Shown here in pieces: positions 14,514 through 27,632 of a stretch of DNA of 64,000 nt. The position numbers were made by a program, and so were the translations under genes. Location: positions 360,902,001 through 360,966,000 of the forward strand of contig OZ024743.1 of assembly GCA_964016885.1 (NCBI GenBank). The letters are read 5' to 3'. The notes beneath the pieces were generated by a model. That model saw only the letters and a program-made list of their open reading frames with translations. It had not been told where the DNA came from and searched no databases. Position 1 is the first letter of the stretch. The number at the start of each line of letters is the position of its first letter. The stretch is from Eledone cirrhosa. Its lineage: Eukaryota.

Positions 14514-15397
14514 CATGTGATAGCGAATGCCTTCAATTACCATGTGACTAATATGGTTTTGCTTCTGCCATTTTATTAGAAAACAAATTAGTCTTTTCAT
14601 TCGTTTGAATATAATTAAAGAAATGTATTTGTATAAAGGTTTCTATTAAGAACTAAATATTATTTTTCACACATTGATAATATTAATCCAATTCTGATTT
14701 CTATGACGTGAAAATAAAATACACGTAAACAAATACACGTACACACACCAATACAAGCTTGCTTCTTTAAAATAGATATTCAGTAATAAGTTGACATATA
14801 GAACAGCCACACATTAAAAATTCCATACGTATATAGGAATGTATAGTAGAAATACACATGATGAATTTTAAAAATATTGATATACGATGGAAGAAAATAA
14901 AGGAAGAAATGGTACTCAATACATGCCCAAACGTCTAGTTTCATCTAGCTAAAGACATGAACTTAAGAATCCCGAGTTTCTACACGGAAAGACATGTTAA
15001 CTCAGCAGGTATTGTGGAGCAAAATCACGAGTAACGAATTTATGATTTTAGCATGAAAGATAGAAAAGTAAACAGCAAAACAATAAATAGTCCATAAGGA
15101 TAGGTAAATATGAAAAATCATATTCTGACCATGTCTCTTTCTCTCTTAACACACTAATAGCCATCTTTTCACCCCTTGATAATTTCAAGTGTGAGACACG
15201 TTGGCTGAGGTCTTCTGACAGGAACTAAAACATCGATTTTTTTTGCGTCCCCACGTAAAATTTGTAAATCAGTGTCTAGTTGAGAGATAGAGTCCTATCG
15301 GGTGGCAGTTGCTAATCTCTTTACCGTGTCGGTTGTCACAAACAGTCATGACCGGCATGGGCTGGTGTTTGGATTCTGTCGATCGATTGGTTATTGA

Positions 15398-15525
15398 TTA
15401 GGCGATACCCGCTGATGAATCCGCATAAGCCGATTGTGCATTGTTACATAATATATGCAGACAGATGGTGCAGTGCACCTTACTGCTGCATGAGTGCGGC
15501 AGAAACTCGAGTCCGGAAACCTTAT
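15398..15525 (+). ncRNA. Candidate degenerate type I hammerhead ribozyme (Penelope pLTR-type)
   Basis: CTGATGA at 15412-15418, then GAAAC-TCGA-GTC at 15502-15513 with a palindromic minimal stem III. Stem I is ccg/cgg plus agg/cct, and stem II is ccgca/tgcgg with imperfect closing pairs. Confidence 0.35.
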
Positions 15526-15674
15526 AGGCACCCGTTTTACGTGTGTTGTGTTGAGGCAAATAACTATGTGTATGCTCTGGTAATGTATCTTACATTGCCC
15601 ATTGAGTGCGCTGAGATACAACCGGTACTGGCATTGATAAATATGCTGGATCCGTCAACCCTTATTATATATAT

Positions 15675-17197
15675 ATATATCCAAAATTAAGATAAATTAA
15701 ATGAATGTAATCTAAATCAAAATTATGGGCGTCATGCCATAACGGCATGCGCCATATCACCCGGAAAATAAGCTCACAGATTTTATCGAGTAGGTCCGAG
15801 CATTTTATAATAACTAGAAATTGATTAACATATATATAAAGATGAATAATCACAGGAGATAATTTTTACAAGTGTGTAACCACACATAGCTAGGTAGGTA
15901 ACTAAATAAAGTTGACTAGAACTTCAAAAATAGATACCTTATAATATGATTAATCTTCCCTGTATATATTCCATTAAAGTTATATATTTCGCCAATTAAT
16001 CAGATGGTAAATCACGGAAGTGGATATTTTGGATTTTCAACAAGGAAGAAAAGTTTTCCAGCAATCCATGTTTACACTACGAGTTCAAATCTGCAACTGG
16101 TTATTACCACGTGTAGTATTTACACATCATATTAGCTTCGTCTCAGTGACGTGAATAGGGTTATCAACAACTAGAAACAGCAGTCGATTCCTTTCAACAG
16201 AGTTAGCTCTACAATTAAGGAGCCATATTTATATATCTATATCCAAAATTAAGATAAATTAAATGAATTTAATCTAAATCAAAAATATGGGTGTCATGCC
16301 ATAACGGCATACGTCATATCACCCGGAAAATAAGCTCAAAAATTCTATCGAGTAGGTCCGAGCATTTTATAATAACTAGAAATTGATTAACATATATATA
16401 AAGATGAATAATCACAGGAGATAATTTACCGTGATTTACCATCTGATTAATTGGCGAAATATATTACTTTAATGGAATATATACAGGGAAGATTAATCAT
16501 ATTATAAGGTATCTATTTTTGAAGTTCTAGTCAACTTTATTTAGTTACCTACCTAGCTGTGAGCGGTTACACACTTGTAAAAATTATCTCCTGTGATTAT
16601 TCATCTTTATATATATGTTAATCAATTTCTAGTTATTATAAAATGCTCGGACCTACTCGATAGCATCTTGGAGCTTATTTTCCGGGTGATATGGCGCATG
16701 CCGTTATGGCATGACACCCATCATTTTGATATAGATTAAATTCATTTAATTTATCTTAATTTTGGATATAGATATATAAATACGGCTCCTTAATTGTAGA
16801 GCTAACTCTGTTGAAAGGAAACGACTGCTGTTTCTAGTTGTTGATAACCCTATTCACGCCACTGAGACGAAGCTAATATGATGTGTAAATACAACACGTG
16901 GTAATAGCCAGTTGCAGATTTGAACTCGTAGTGTAAACATGGATTGCTAGAAAACTTTTCTTCCTTGTTGAAAATCCAAAATATCCACTTCCGTGATTTA
17001 CCATCTGATTAATTGGTGAAATATATTTCTTTAATGGAATATATACAGGGAAGATTAATCATATTATAAGGTATCTATTTTTGAAGTTCTAGTCAACTTT
17101 ATTTAGTTACCTACCTAGCTATGTGTGGTTACACACTTGTAAAAATTATCTCTTGTGATTATTCATGTTTATATATATATGTTAATCAATTTCTATT
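15675..17197. repeat. 562-bp unit repeated in tandem (15675-16428) and then inverted in tandem (16429-17197)
   Basis: ccaaaattaagataaatt at 15681 and 16243; ccgtgatttaccatctg at 16429 and 16991, the reverse complement of about 16001-16017. Bounded by (TA)n on both sides. Confidence 0.92.
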
Positions 17198-17214
17198 TAT
17201 TATATATATATATA

Positions 17215-18195
<981 letters not shown>

Positions 18196-18253
18196 GTAAT
18201 ACATAAAATACACACATAGATATATTCACACATACAATAATAATTATTTTTAG

Positions 18254-18477
18254 GGAGGTGGATTGGCAGTATTGGTAGAGAGTCGGACACTATGCTTTTC
18301 AGTATAGAACTACGGTCCATTATGGCATGAGTTCAAATCCCGCCGAGATCAGCTTTACCTTTCATCCTTACGCGGTCGATAAAATAAAGCACCAGTTATA
18401 CACTGGATCGATTTAACAGATTTACCCCTTCCCTTCTAACTGCAGGCCTTGTGCCCAAAGTAGAAACAATTATTATT
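18254..18477 (+). mobile_element. tRNA-derived SINE, copy 3 (longer 3' variant)
   Basis: A/B boxes and core, an extra segment (gatcgatttaacagatttacccc) and an ATT tail. Confidence 0.85.
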
Positions 18478-18479
18478 GT

Positions 18480-20045
18480 CATTTCTTTTATCTTTCTTTA
18501 TGTTCATACGAGGTATCTCCACGTTACAACTAGTGACCTCAAGAGACAATGTCCGCTATTTTCAAGAAAAACACGCTCACACGCACATGTATCTTTAGGT
18601 GTTTAAACTTGTGATATACTTATATCGACAGAATATTCCTTAGTATATAAGCAGTTCCGATTAGTATTATCTTTTGTATTTCTTCTATACGCGGATTTCC
18701 TGGGATTTGGAATATCATTCCTAGAGAGCCTACAACCACTGGTATTGCTTTAGGTCTCAACTTCCTCATTTTCCCAATCTCTATTTCCATGTCTTCATAT
18801 TTACTCAATTTTTAAAATGTTTTTATCGATACATTCTTGTCTATAGGAACAGTCATGTCTATTAGTAGGCATACCCTCAGTTGAAAGTCCTTCAATATTA
18901 TATCAAGTCTATCTGCATCTGTTTGTCCGTCTGTTTGGACGCTAAAGTTCTACAACATTGAAATATGTCCTTTTTCAAGTACCGGGCGTGTTTGATGCTC
19001 CCATCAGTTATATTGATGTGGCAGGTCAAAATGCTTACACATTATCCAATGTATGTATTGTGCCGCTCTGTCGTACCTTTATCGGTTGGAGCTATAGGAC
19101 TGCCCATTGAAATTATATGAACAGTGGTCTCAGGTTATTTTTTACACACACGGCACAATTGGTTGCATTCATTTTTCAGTCCAGAGGATGCCATCCACTG
19201 ATGGATTAAAGTTTTGTCAACATTGTTAGCTCTTTCTGGGTATTTTCCATACAGAGGTTTTCTTCCCATTTCTTAGCCAGTTTCTTTAATAGTTCATTAT
19301 TTGCAGTTACAATTACCTGCTTTGCTTTTTCTGTGGTTTTCATTTCAGCAGTAAGGGAAACTTTTGAAATTTGTACTTCATTATTGTATCTTGTGGATTG
19401 GCAGTATCAGTGGAGGGTCGGTCGCCATGCTTTCCAGCATAGTTACGTCCCTTTACGATCTGAGTTCAAATCCCGCCGAGGTTGACTTTGCCTTTCATCC
19501 TTACGGGGTCGATAAAATAAAGTACCAGTCACACACTGGGTAATTGCTGGCGGCCTTGTGCCTGAAGTAGAAACAATTATTGTATCTTTGTGCATTTTTG
19601 TAATGGAGTATGATCTTTTGTGGATTTCATGTTTCATAACGAGTTTGATCATCCAATAATGTGATTCCCTTAAATATGTAGATAATCAAATTGTTGCAGT
19701 TTTGAAAGTAATATCTCACTGGATAAATCCACGTCCTCCTTCTTTCCTAGGAAGATTTGTATCTGCCTTAGGGTGATGCATTCTGTGCATGGTTAACAAT
19801 TTTCTAATTTTCTTATCGAAGTTACGGATCTCTGTGCTTGACCAATTGATGACATTGAAACTTTAAGTTACTACTGGTATGGTAAGTATGTTTATGGCAT
19901 CGATCTTATTCCTTGCTTTAAACAGCGTTCTTAAAATTTCTCTTACTCTGCGGTAATATTCCTTCTTTATCCTTTCCCCAATTGCCGAGTGCTTGATTCC
20001 GTCTCCTTCACGAACACTTAGATTTTATTAGTTTCTTCTTAATCA
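18480..20045 (-). mobile_element. R4/Dong-clade RLE non-LTR retrotransposon, family B, 3' portion (degenerate)
   Basis: SKYEDMEIEI..IPVVVGSLGM..IQKIILIGTAYILRNIL is an RLE C-terminus; the RT-downstream region is homologous to 54400-54950. The 3' end abuts the SINE ATT tail. Confidence 0.85.
19393..19581 (+). mobile_element. tRNA-derived SINE, copy 4, inserted into Dong-B with a TSD
   Basis: Flanked by the direct repeat attattgtatctt on both sides. Confidence 0.9.
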
Positions 20046-20070
20046 AAATTTCTCAATTGTTATTATTATA

Positions 20071-21404
20071 AAGCTATCACTGAAAGGTCGCGCGGAGGTG
20101 GCGAATGCGTACATCGCGTCCGTCATCTACTACCGCCTAACCGTCGTGCCTTGCCCCCGTCCGCGACTCGTCAAGTTGGATCGGCTCCTCTTCAAATTCT
20201 TGTGGAGAGGACAAGTTCCGTTGGTGAGGCGGTCCATCCGCTGCCAGCACCCTCTACGCTGAGGGCTGGGCATGCCGTGGCTAATGATGCGCAGAAATGC
20301 GTTGAGGCTGCGACATCTCCAGATATTCTGCCTCAATGGTGAACAGGTGTGGTCGCCGTTTATCAGACGGGCCTTTCTGCAGCTCATTTCTTTGACTGAG
20401 CTGCAGTCCTGGGTCAAGAAGAGACCAAGACTGGGTGACTGGCACCTGAAATGTTGCCAGGCACTCACTGCCCTCTGCCAAGCGGGCAATGCGATCAGTG
20501 GAACTTCCACTCTCGAGTTCTATAGAGGATTAGTGGTGGGCAAGTGCGATGACGCACTCGGAGAAGCTTTGGGCCTCGACGAGGACTTTTGAGCCGGGGA
20601 CGATGGACAATTTCCAGAAATCCCTCGCTTGGCAGTGCTACCGGGGGCACTGCCGGTTCGGGATAAACTCTACAGGCATGGAAGTGCTGTCAGACGGACC
20701 TGCTCAAGATGCGCACAGAACGACGAAACCGTTCTGCATGCACTTGTCCAATGTCCGTGCATTACTGACTTGTGGAGTTATGTCGAACAACTACTCTCGC
20801 GTGTAGAACGAATCCGGCTATCGGCCGAGTCCATAGTGAAGATCGAGCCGCCACCTTCCTTAGGTCAGGAAGAGCAGGACATTTTCCTCTGTCTGGTGGC
20901 AGTGGCGAAAGAGATTATATGGTGGACCAGGTTGAAAGGACTAAAGACAGACAATTTTCTCTTCGGCCAATCCCTCATCAACTTCTTCAAGTTTCACCTG
21001 GAAAGGAGGGTGAGGGTGGAGAGAGAAGTGCGGCCCCCCAGTACATTTGCTAAAAGGTGGGTGAATGTGGCGAGAATGGCTCGTTTGAATGGGCCTACTC
21101 TGACCATGCGCCTATAGGCTGGCTAACTTGAGGAGAGGGGTGCTCTGCTGGGTGCCCTAGAAGCGCAGGGTGGTTCAGGATTGGTGGGGTACCCGAATCA
21201 CCCCAGGGTCGTCCACCCCCTATCGGGGAATTTATTTTGTTATATTTATGCATAGTTTATTTTATATTTTTATATTTTCATTGTTAAATTAGTTTTGCCA
21301 TTGTGCACTTTTACTCGACCTTATTGTAAACCCCCACTGTCCCTGTCTTTGTATTGTCCCCTACATGTCGGCCCTTGTGGCTAATAAATAAAATGATTAT
21401 TATA

Positions 21405-21446
<42 letters not shown>

Positions 21447-21447
21447 G
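20071..21447 (+). mobile_element. 5'-truncated Tx1/L1-clade LINE, subfamily B, with (ATT)n tail
   Basis: KLSLKGRAEVANAYI, GLGMPWL, C-terminal zinc finger CSRCAQNDETVLHALVQC, 3' UTR, aataaa and (ATT)n at about 21396-21446. Starts right after ttattattata. Confidence 0.92.
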
Positions 21448-21658
21448 GGCGGTGGATTGGCAGTATCGGTAGAGGGTCGGACGCCATGCTTTCCAGCATA
21501 GTTACGTCCCTTTACGATCTGAGTTCAAATCCCGCCGAGGTTCACTTTGCCTTTCATCCTTACGGGGTCGATAAAATAAAGTAACAGTAATGCACTGGGT
21601 AATTGCTGGACTTGTGCCTAAAGTAGAAAAAATTATTATTATTATTATTGTTGTTATT
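21448..21658 (+). mobile_element. tRNA-derived SINE, copy 5
   Basis: Starts directly after the Tx1 ATT tail and has its own ATT tail. Confidence 0.88.
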
Positions 21659-21925
21659 CCTTGAATCTCAGTCATTGATGTTGGTTAACTGGAAAGTCCG
21701 TTGGAATGAATATCAAACCACTACCTGCAGCCTCAGATATTCAGGACGTATCGGAGGGTTCTTGCTGTTCCAAGCAAGCATGCCTTTTTAAGCGTTCCAA
21801 AAAGCGTGAAGGGGCCGATTTTCTTTAACCATCCCTGGAAACTTTTGGAGATAGTCCCCAGTGCGCCTATGACAATCGGGATCACTTTGACTTCATGGCA
21901 GTTCCAAATCCTTTTCACCTCCCAC
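21659..21925 (-). mobile_element. R4/Dong family A, short 3'-end fragment
   Basis: WEVKRIWNCHEVKVIPIVIGALGTI..KACLLGTARTLRYVLNI* and a 3' UTR matching 33371-33630. Flanked by TTA tracts on both sides. Confidence 0.88.
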
Positions 21926-21945
21926 TTATTATTATTATTATTATA

Positions 21946-21984
<39 letters not shown>

Positions 21985-21985
21985 A

Positions 21986-22188
21986 GCGCGGTGCATTGGC
22001 AGTATCGGTAGAGGGTTGGATGCCATTCTTTGACGCATAGAGTTATGGCCCTCACCACTCTGAGTTCAAATCCCACCAAGGTTAACTTTACCTTTCATCC
22101 TTACGGGGTCGATAAAATAAAGTACCAGTAATGCACTGGGTAATTGCTGGCCTTGTGCCAAAAGTATAAACAATTATTATTATTATTA
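21986..22188 (+). mobile_element. tRNA-derived SINE, copy 6
   Basis: Follows (TTA)n at 21926-21983; full head, core and tail. Confidence 0.88.
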
Positions 22189-22421
22189 GCGGTGGATTGG
22201 CAGTATCCCTAGAGAGTCGGACACCTTGCTTTGCAGCATAGAGACACGGTCCTTTACGATCTCAGTTCAAAACCCGTCGGTGTTAACTTTGCCTTTCATT
22301 CTTACGGGGTCGATAAAATAAAGCACCAATAACGTACTGGCGTCGATTTAATCTACTTTCCCCTCCCCTCAAATGATTGGCATTGTACCTATATAGGAAA
22401 CCATTATTATTATTATTATTA
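22189..22421 (+). mobile_element. tRNA-derived SINE, copy 7 (longer 3' variant), tandem to copy 6
   Basis: Begins in the ATT tail of copy 6 and ends in (ATT)n. Confidence 0.85.
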
Positions 22422-22422
22422 T

Positions 22423-25400
22423 CGGTCTGTTCGGACGCTTGTTGCTCGCTCCCAGTAAGTGGCTTTATTTGCCTGTTAAAATTATTTGTTGTTAAATGTT
22501 TCTGCAAATACAGAGAATGGGAAGAGAGAACTGGTCAGGAATAGTCATGCAAATGCTAATACAGACTGACCAGGAGTGCATCGATGCCATCCCAGACATC
22601 ATAGACCTCGAAGAAGGGCTCCAACTCCCTATAAGCGTGGAAGGAAGACACCCAAATTGCTATCTCTGTGGGCAGAAGGGTCACTTCAGGGCCTTCTGCT
22701 GGCAGAAGACAGCCAAGAAGAGGGCCCCCCTCCTTCCGAGGACTGATCCGCTACTACCAATAGCAGGGCAGGACACAGAGGCAGAAGATCCTTCCATGGT
22801 GAGCAAGAAGGCAACATCTTTGGAACCCATACCAAGGCCACGGACAACTAAAGCAGCGACAGCAGTGGCGGCAACGCCAACAGTTGCAGTAGCCACACCA
22901 GCGGCAAAATCGCCGGAGCGGGCTGCACTACCAACACGAACAGCTGTGGAGCTCATACACCTCCCAGGCGCCACGGAATCTGACATGGAGTTTGAGGCGG
23001 GAGGGAAGTGGCAAACGGTCTGCCACAAAAAAAAGAGGAAACACCCCTTAGCTTCACACTCCAAATGTTAATGCAGACAAAGTGGGGTAAAGGCTGCAAG
23101 GAGACTTGCAGAACACCACCACCATCAACATCACTACCACAAGCTTCACCACCAACAACAACCACACCACCACCAGCTCACCAAAAACACCAACATCGCA
23201 AACACAACGAAACACACACATCCAACAACAACAAGAAAACAGCAACAAAATCACCCCTCCCCCAAAAGGTACACGGCCATAAACATGACAAATAAAGAAC
23301 TCATACAACATATGAAGCAACACACAGACATCACAGAAAAAAACTACTACACCCCTCCAAAACCAAGAACTCTCCCGACAAACATAAGCATCATTGAAAT
23401 CAAACTAGAACAGTACAAACTTTTAAAACAAAAATTCCCAACGCAGTCGGAGTCTTCAGAGAGTCGGTTACCAAGAGGATATACACTGACATCCTCTAGG
23501 AAACACACATGAGCAGCCAAAGGGACGGTTCTACTGTCCCTTCGCCACACGATCAAGGTAAGTAACCCTTTCTCACTTGCTCCGTTTCTCATCCAACATA
23601 GCCATACTTAGAATAGGCAGTATATATGCACGTGGTCTGGGGTCATCTTGGAAGCAGGGTCACCTGCTCAACGACCTCAGGTCACTAAACATAGATGTGG
23701 TGGCCATCAGCGAGACCAGAATCTCCGAAGCACGAGCCTTCGCACCGATGTTCGGTGGCTAGATGTATACGCATCTCCCCGCCGTCCAGGATCGGGGGGA
23801 GGGGTGGCAGTGCTTTTTCGGAGAGGCTTGGATCACACCATACGGGCCATCTTCCTGGACCCAGAAGGTAGGTCGGTGCTACTGGACGTGACCGGCAATG
23901 AAGGCAATGCTTTCAGGCTAGTAGCCGTCTACGCCCCAACAGGGGCAGAACGGCCAGATTTGTTCAGACATCTAGAGACCTTTCTTAGAACGTCCCGCTC
24001 TTTAGTGTTAGTGGGCAACTGGAACGGTATCTTAGATGCACGCTTGGATTATGTGGGGCTAGTCGACAGAGCAGGTGGGTGTAAAAGCCTCAACAACGTG
24101 CTCAGACATTTTGAACTGTCTGACAGGTATAGACTGGATTATCCGAATGTGCCAATGTGGACATGGGCAAACCGAATCTGGTCACACAGATCGTATTTAG
24201 ATAGGGTATTCTGTAGGTATACAGATAAGGCTAGTGTAGGCTGTCCACAATTTAAACTGGTCGAATACACAGACCTCAAATTTGTGATCTGTGAAGTAGA
24301 CTTAGATAGACTCCACAGGCAAGGGCCAGGTTACTGGAAGCTGAACGCGTCGTTCCCGGGGCGCAAAGCTTACAGAGACCGGATTAGCGAATTAGTTAAG
24401 CGTGCGTTGACAGGTGCGATCGTTAACAACAAGTGGTGGTTTACCCTGAAAAGCGCTGTTAGAGTAGAATCGATAAGGTTTAGCAAAGGAGTAGTGATAT
24501 AGGAAAATAAAGTAGAGGGAGAGATAGTTAGAAAGCTAGAAGAGGCGTTTAGGACAGGCATCGCAGCCGACATGCTTGCGGCGAGATTGGTACTCGACCA
24601 ATTCTTCAAAGCAAAGCAAGAAGGCTGCGTTGTCAGAACTAGAGCGCGTGCTCTAAGACACGCGGGGGCGAAAGCCGTTCAATGGGCCCGTGTAGTGGAA
24701 GCGTGAGGTAGCACCAATTCCAAAATTCGGTCTTTGCCTGATCAAAATGGGCGGATGTTGCTCAACCCGAGCAGATGTGTGCGTCTTTTCAACAGCACTT
24801 TGCTCAATTGTTCGGGAGGTGCGGCGGGCCGGATCGGCGTATGGACTTCGGTGAAAACCTCGACGGACTGCCGCGGCTTTTGACGACCGCAGCGCAGTGC
24901 TGCGAAAAGTCGATAACAGCAGGTGAAATACGAGACGCGAAGTCTGACTGCACGAAGGGTAAATCGCCAGGTTTGGATGGTCTGCCCTACGAGCTTCATG
25001 TGTATATGCCAGACTTGTTCCGCGACCTCTTGGCAGATGTCTATTGCAACTGGCAGAAGAAAGGGAGCATTCCCAGTTTTGTGAACCGGGGTGCGGTGGC
25101 GTTGCTGAGAAAAGAACCGAACATGTGGGACGTTATAGACAACTTCAGACCCATAACTCTGCTAAACGCAGAGTTTACGATTTTGGCAAATGTGTTAGCA
25201 AAGAGATTGGCGCTCGTCCTCGGTGATCTGGTGGGAGAGGCGCATACATGGCCCATTCCGAACAGATCCATCTACGAAAACCTCCATCTCATGCGATACA
25301 TCATCGAGAGAGTGGTTAAGGAACATGGCACGGGTGGGACCCTGATCAAATTGGATCAATCTAAAGCATTTGATAGGGTCATCCATCGGTACCTGGCTGT

Positions 25401-27100
25401 GGTCCTCGAGGCGGCCGGCTTCTGGCCCGTTTTAGGGGCTGCATCGCTTCGATGCACAGCGACATCTGCTCGATTGTGAGGGTGAATGGTCAGCTGTCAC
25501 TTCCTTTCAGCATCATGCGCTCGCTCCGACACGGTTGCCCCCTCTCGTCCCTCTTGTACATACTGGCCCTCGAGCCGTTAACTCACAAATTAGAGACAAT
25601 GAGGGCTGTCCCACGCGAGCTGGGATGCGGGAGATCCGTGTCAGCTTACGTGACGACGTCACCGTGGTGGTGTCGAGCACCAAACACGTCCAGATGCTCG
25701 GCACCGCTCTCAAGGAATAAAGCAGTGACAGGAGCAAAGATAAACTAGGAGAAGTTGGTGGGCTTGCAGCTCGTCACCTGGAGAGGCAAGTCCATGCCGT
25801 CCAACAGCGTCGTGGGGCGCTGGACAGAAGGACTGGTTAAATTGCTCGGGGGTCTGGTTCGGTTGGGACCTCCAGATGGATAAAACCTGGAGCGAGCTAA
25901 CGATCAAGGATGCCTCTCAAACCCAGAAATGGGCCGAGAGGAGGCTATCTCTGAAAGGTCGGGCGGAGGTGGTGAATGCGTACATAGCCGTCGTCATCTG
26001 CTACCACCAAACCGTTCTACCTTGCCCCTGCCCAACTCTGAGCAAAATGGAGCTCCTTCACTTCCGCTTTTTGTGGAAGGGACGTCCTCCCATGGTCAGA
26101 CGATCCATTTGCTGTCAACAGCCGTGGCGTGGAGGACTCGGCATGCCGTGGCTGATGATGTGCAAACATCCACTGAGGCTGCGACATTTTGGTGCTTCCT
26201 TGACGGTGAACAGGTGTGGTCGCCGTTTGCCAGACGCGCTCTTCTCTAGCTCGTCTCCTTGACGAACCTGCAGACGTTATCCGGGAGACCCTGGGCGTCA
26301 AAGACGATCAGCTGTTCGCTGTCTTTAAGAGAACTTTCACACCGTGGCCTATGGACAACTTCTAGAAATCCCTGGCCTGGCAGTGCTACCGGGGAGCATT
26401 GCCGGTTCGGTATAAGCTCTACAGGCACGGAGGCGCTGTCATCCGAGCCTGTCCGAGATAAGCGCAGGGCGACGAGACGGTCCGGCACACACTCGTTCAG
26501 TGCCCGAGGATTGCTGACTTGTGGAGCTATGTCGAACAGCTGCTGTCGCGTGTAGGACGGATCCGATTATCGAATCCGTTGTGCAGATAGCCCCGCCCTC
26601 TTCCTTTAAAGATGAGGTAGGGCATGGTGAAAGAGATTGTGTGGTGGACAAGGTTGAAAGAGATTGTGTGGTGGACAAGGTTGAAAGGGTTGAAATGGAC
26701 ACTTTCTTCTCCGGCCAATCCCTGATTAACTTTTTCAAGTTTCACACGAAGAGGAAAATTAGGGTGGAGAGGCAAGTGCTGTATTCTGGTAAGTTTGTTG
26801 AAGGGAGGGTGAAAGTGGCGATTCTGAGTATACGCTTGTAGACTGAGGAGTGGGAAAAGTGAGAGAGGGCGTGGTCTTTTATGTGGATTTCACCACGAGT
26901 GACCCTCGGAGGTTTCACCCTATTTGGGGATTTTTGTTTGAATTGTTTTAATTTCTATCTCGATTTCTATCTTGTTATAACCTATTTACATGGCCAAAAC
27001 CCACTTTGAATCGTCCTGTAATGTTCTGTGCCGTCTCTAATGTTTTTCTTCGTGGCAGCCCATGTGGCCAATAAAGAAACCATTATTATTATTATTATTT
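22423..27100 (+). mobile_element. Tx1/L1-clade LINE, subfamily C, internally deleted and degenerate
   Basis: ORF1 part with CCHC knuckle CYLCGQKGHFRAFC. ORF2 (start mutated to ATA at 23598, ends about 26841) has APE endonuclease motifs, KSPGLDGL, FRPITLLN and LDQSKAFDRV. (ATT)n tail from about 27083. Confidence 0.92.
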
Positions 27101-27395
27101 TTATTTTCTTTCATTATTGTTTCCGATATATATGCCGAGTGTCTTCCTGAGACTGAGGGCAAATAACTTCACAGTGTGCATTGGTAAGCCAGTTAATACA
27201 GCACATTGATTATAATAAAATTAAAAAAATCGGTATTTATATATACACATGTGCATATGCATATCTAAATACCAGGAGGTATATACGTGTGCAGTACCAG
27301 TCAAAACAATTTTTTGGACCTCTTGCAGAGAGGGTAAACCAGGAATCATTCGCAAATATTGTTCTGTTCCTTTTTGATCATTCCCAGTCCTACCA
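27101..27395 (-). mobile_element. R4/Dong-type 3'-end fragment
   Basis: Minus strand reads GLGMIKK/EQYLRMIPGLPSLQEVQKIVLTGTAHV (RLE C-terminus) and lies between two ATT tracts. Confidence 0.7.
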
Positions 27396-27632
27396 CATTA
27401 TTATTATTATTATTATTATTATTGGCGACCTACGTAGGAAATCGTATTATCGTGAGCTCCGCAAAGGTTTGTTATTTCCGTTTGTTTAAAAATTGCCATT
27501 TATGGAAAATTTTATTGTAAACTGTTTATAAGCACACATACATTGTTTTCCGAAAAGGACACCCAAAAAGATTGGGGCCTTGTGCCCAAAATTTTAACTT
27601 TTATTATTATCCAAAAATTTCTTTGAAAAAAA

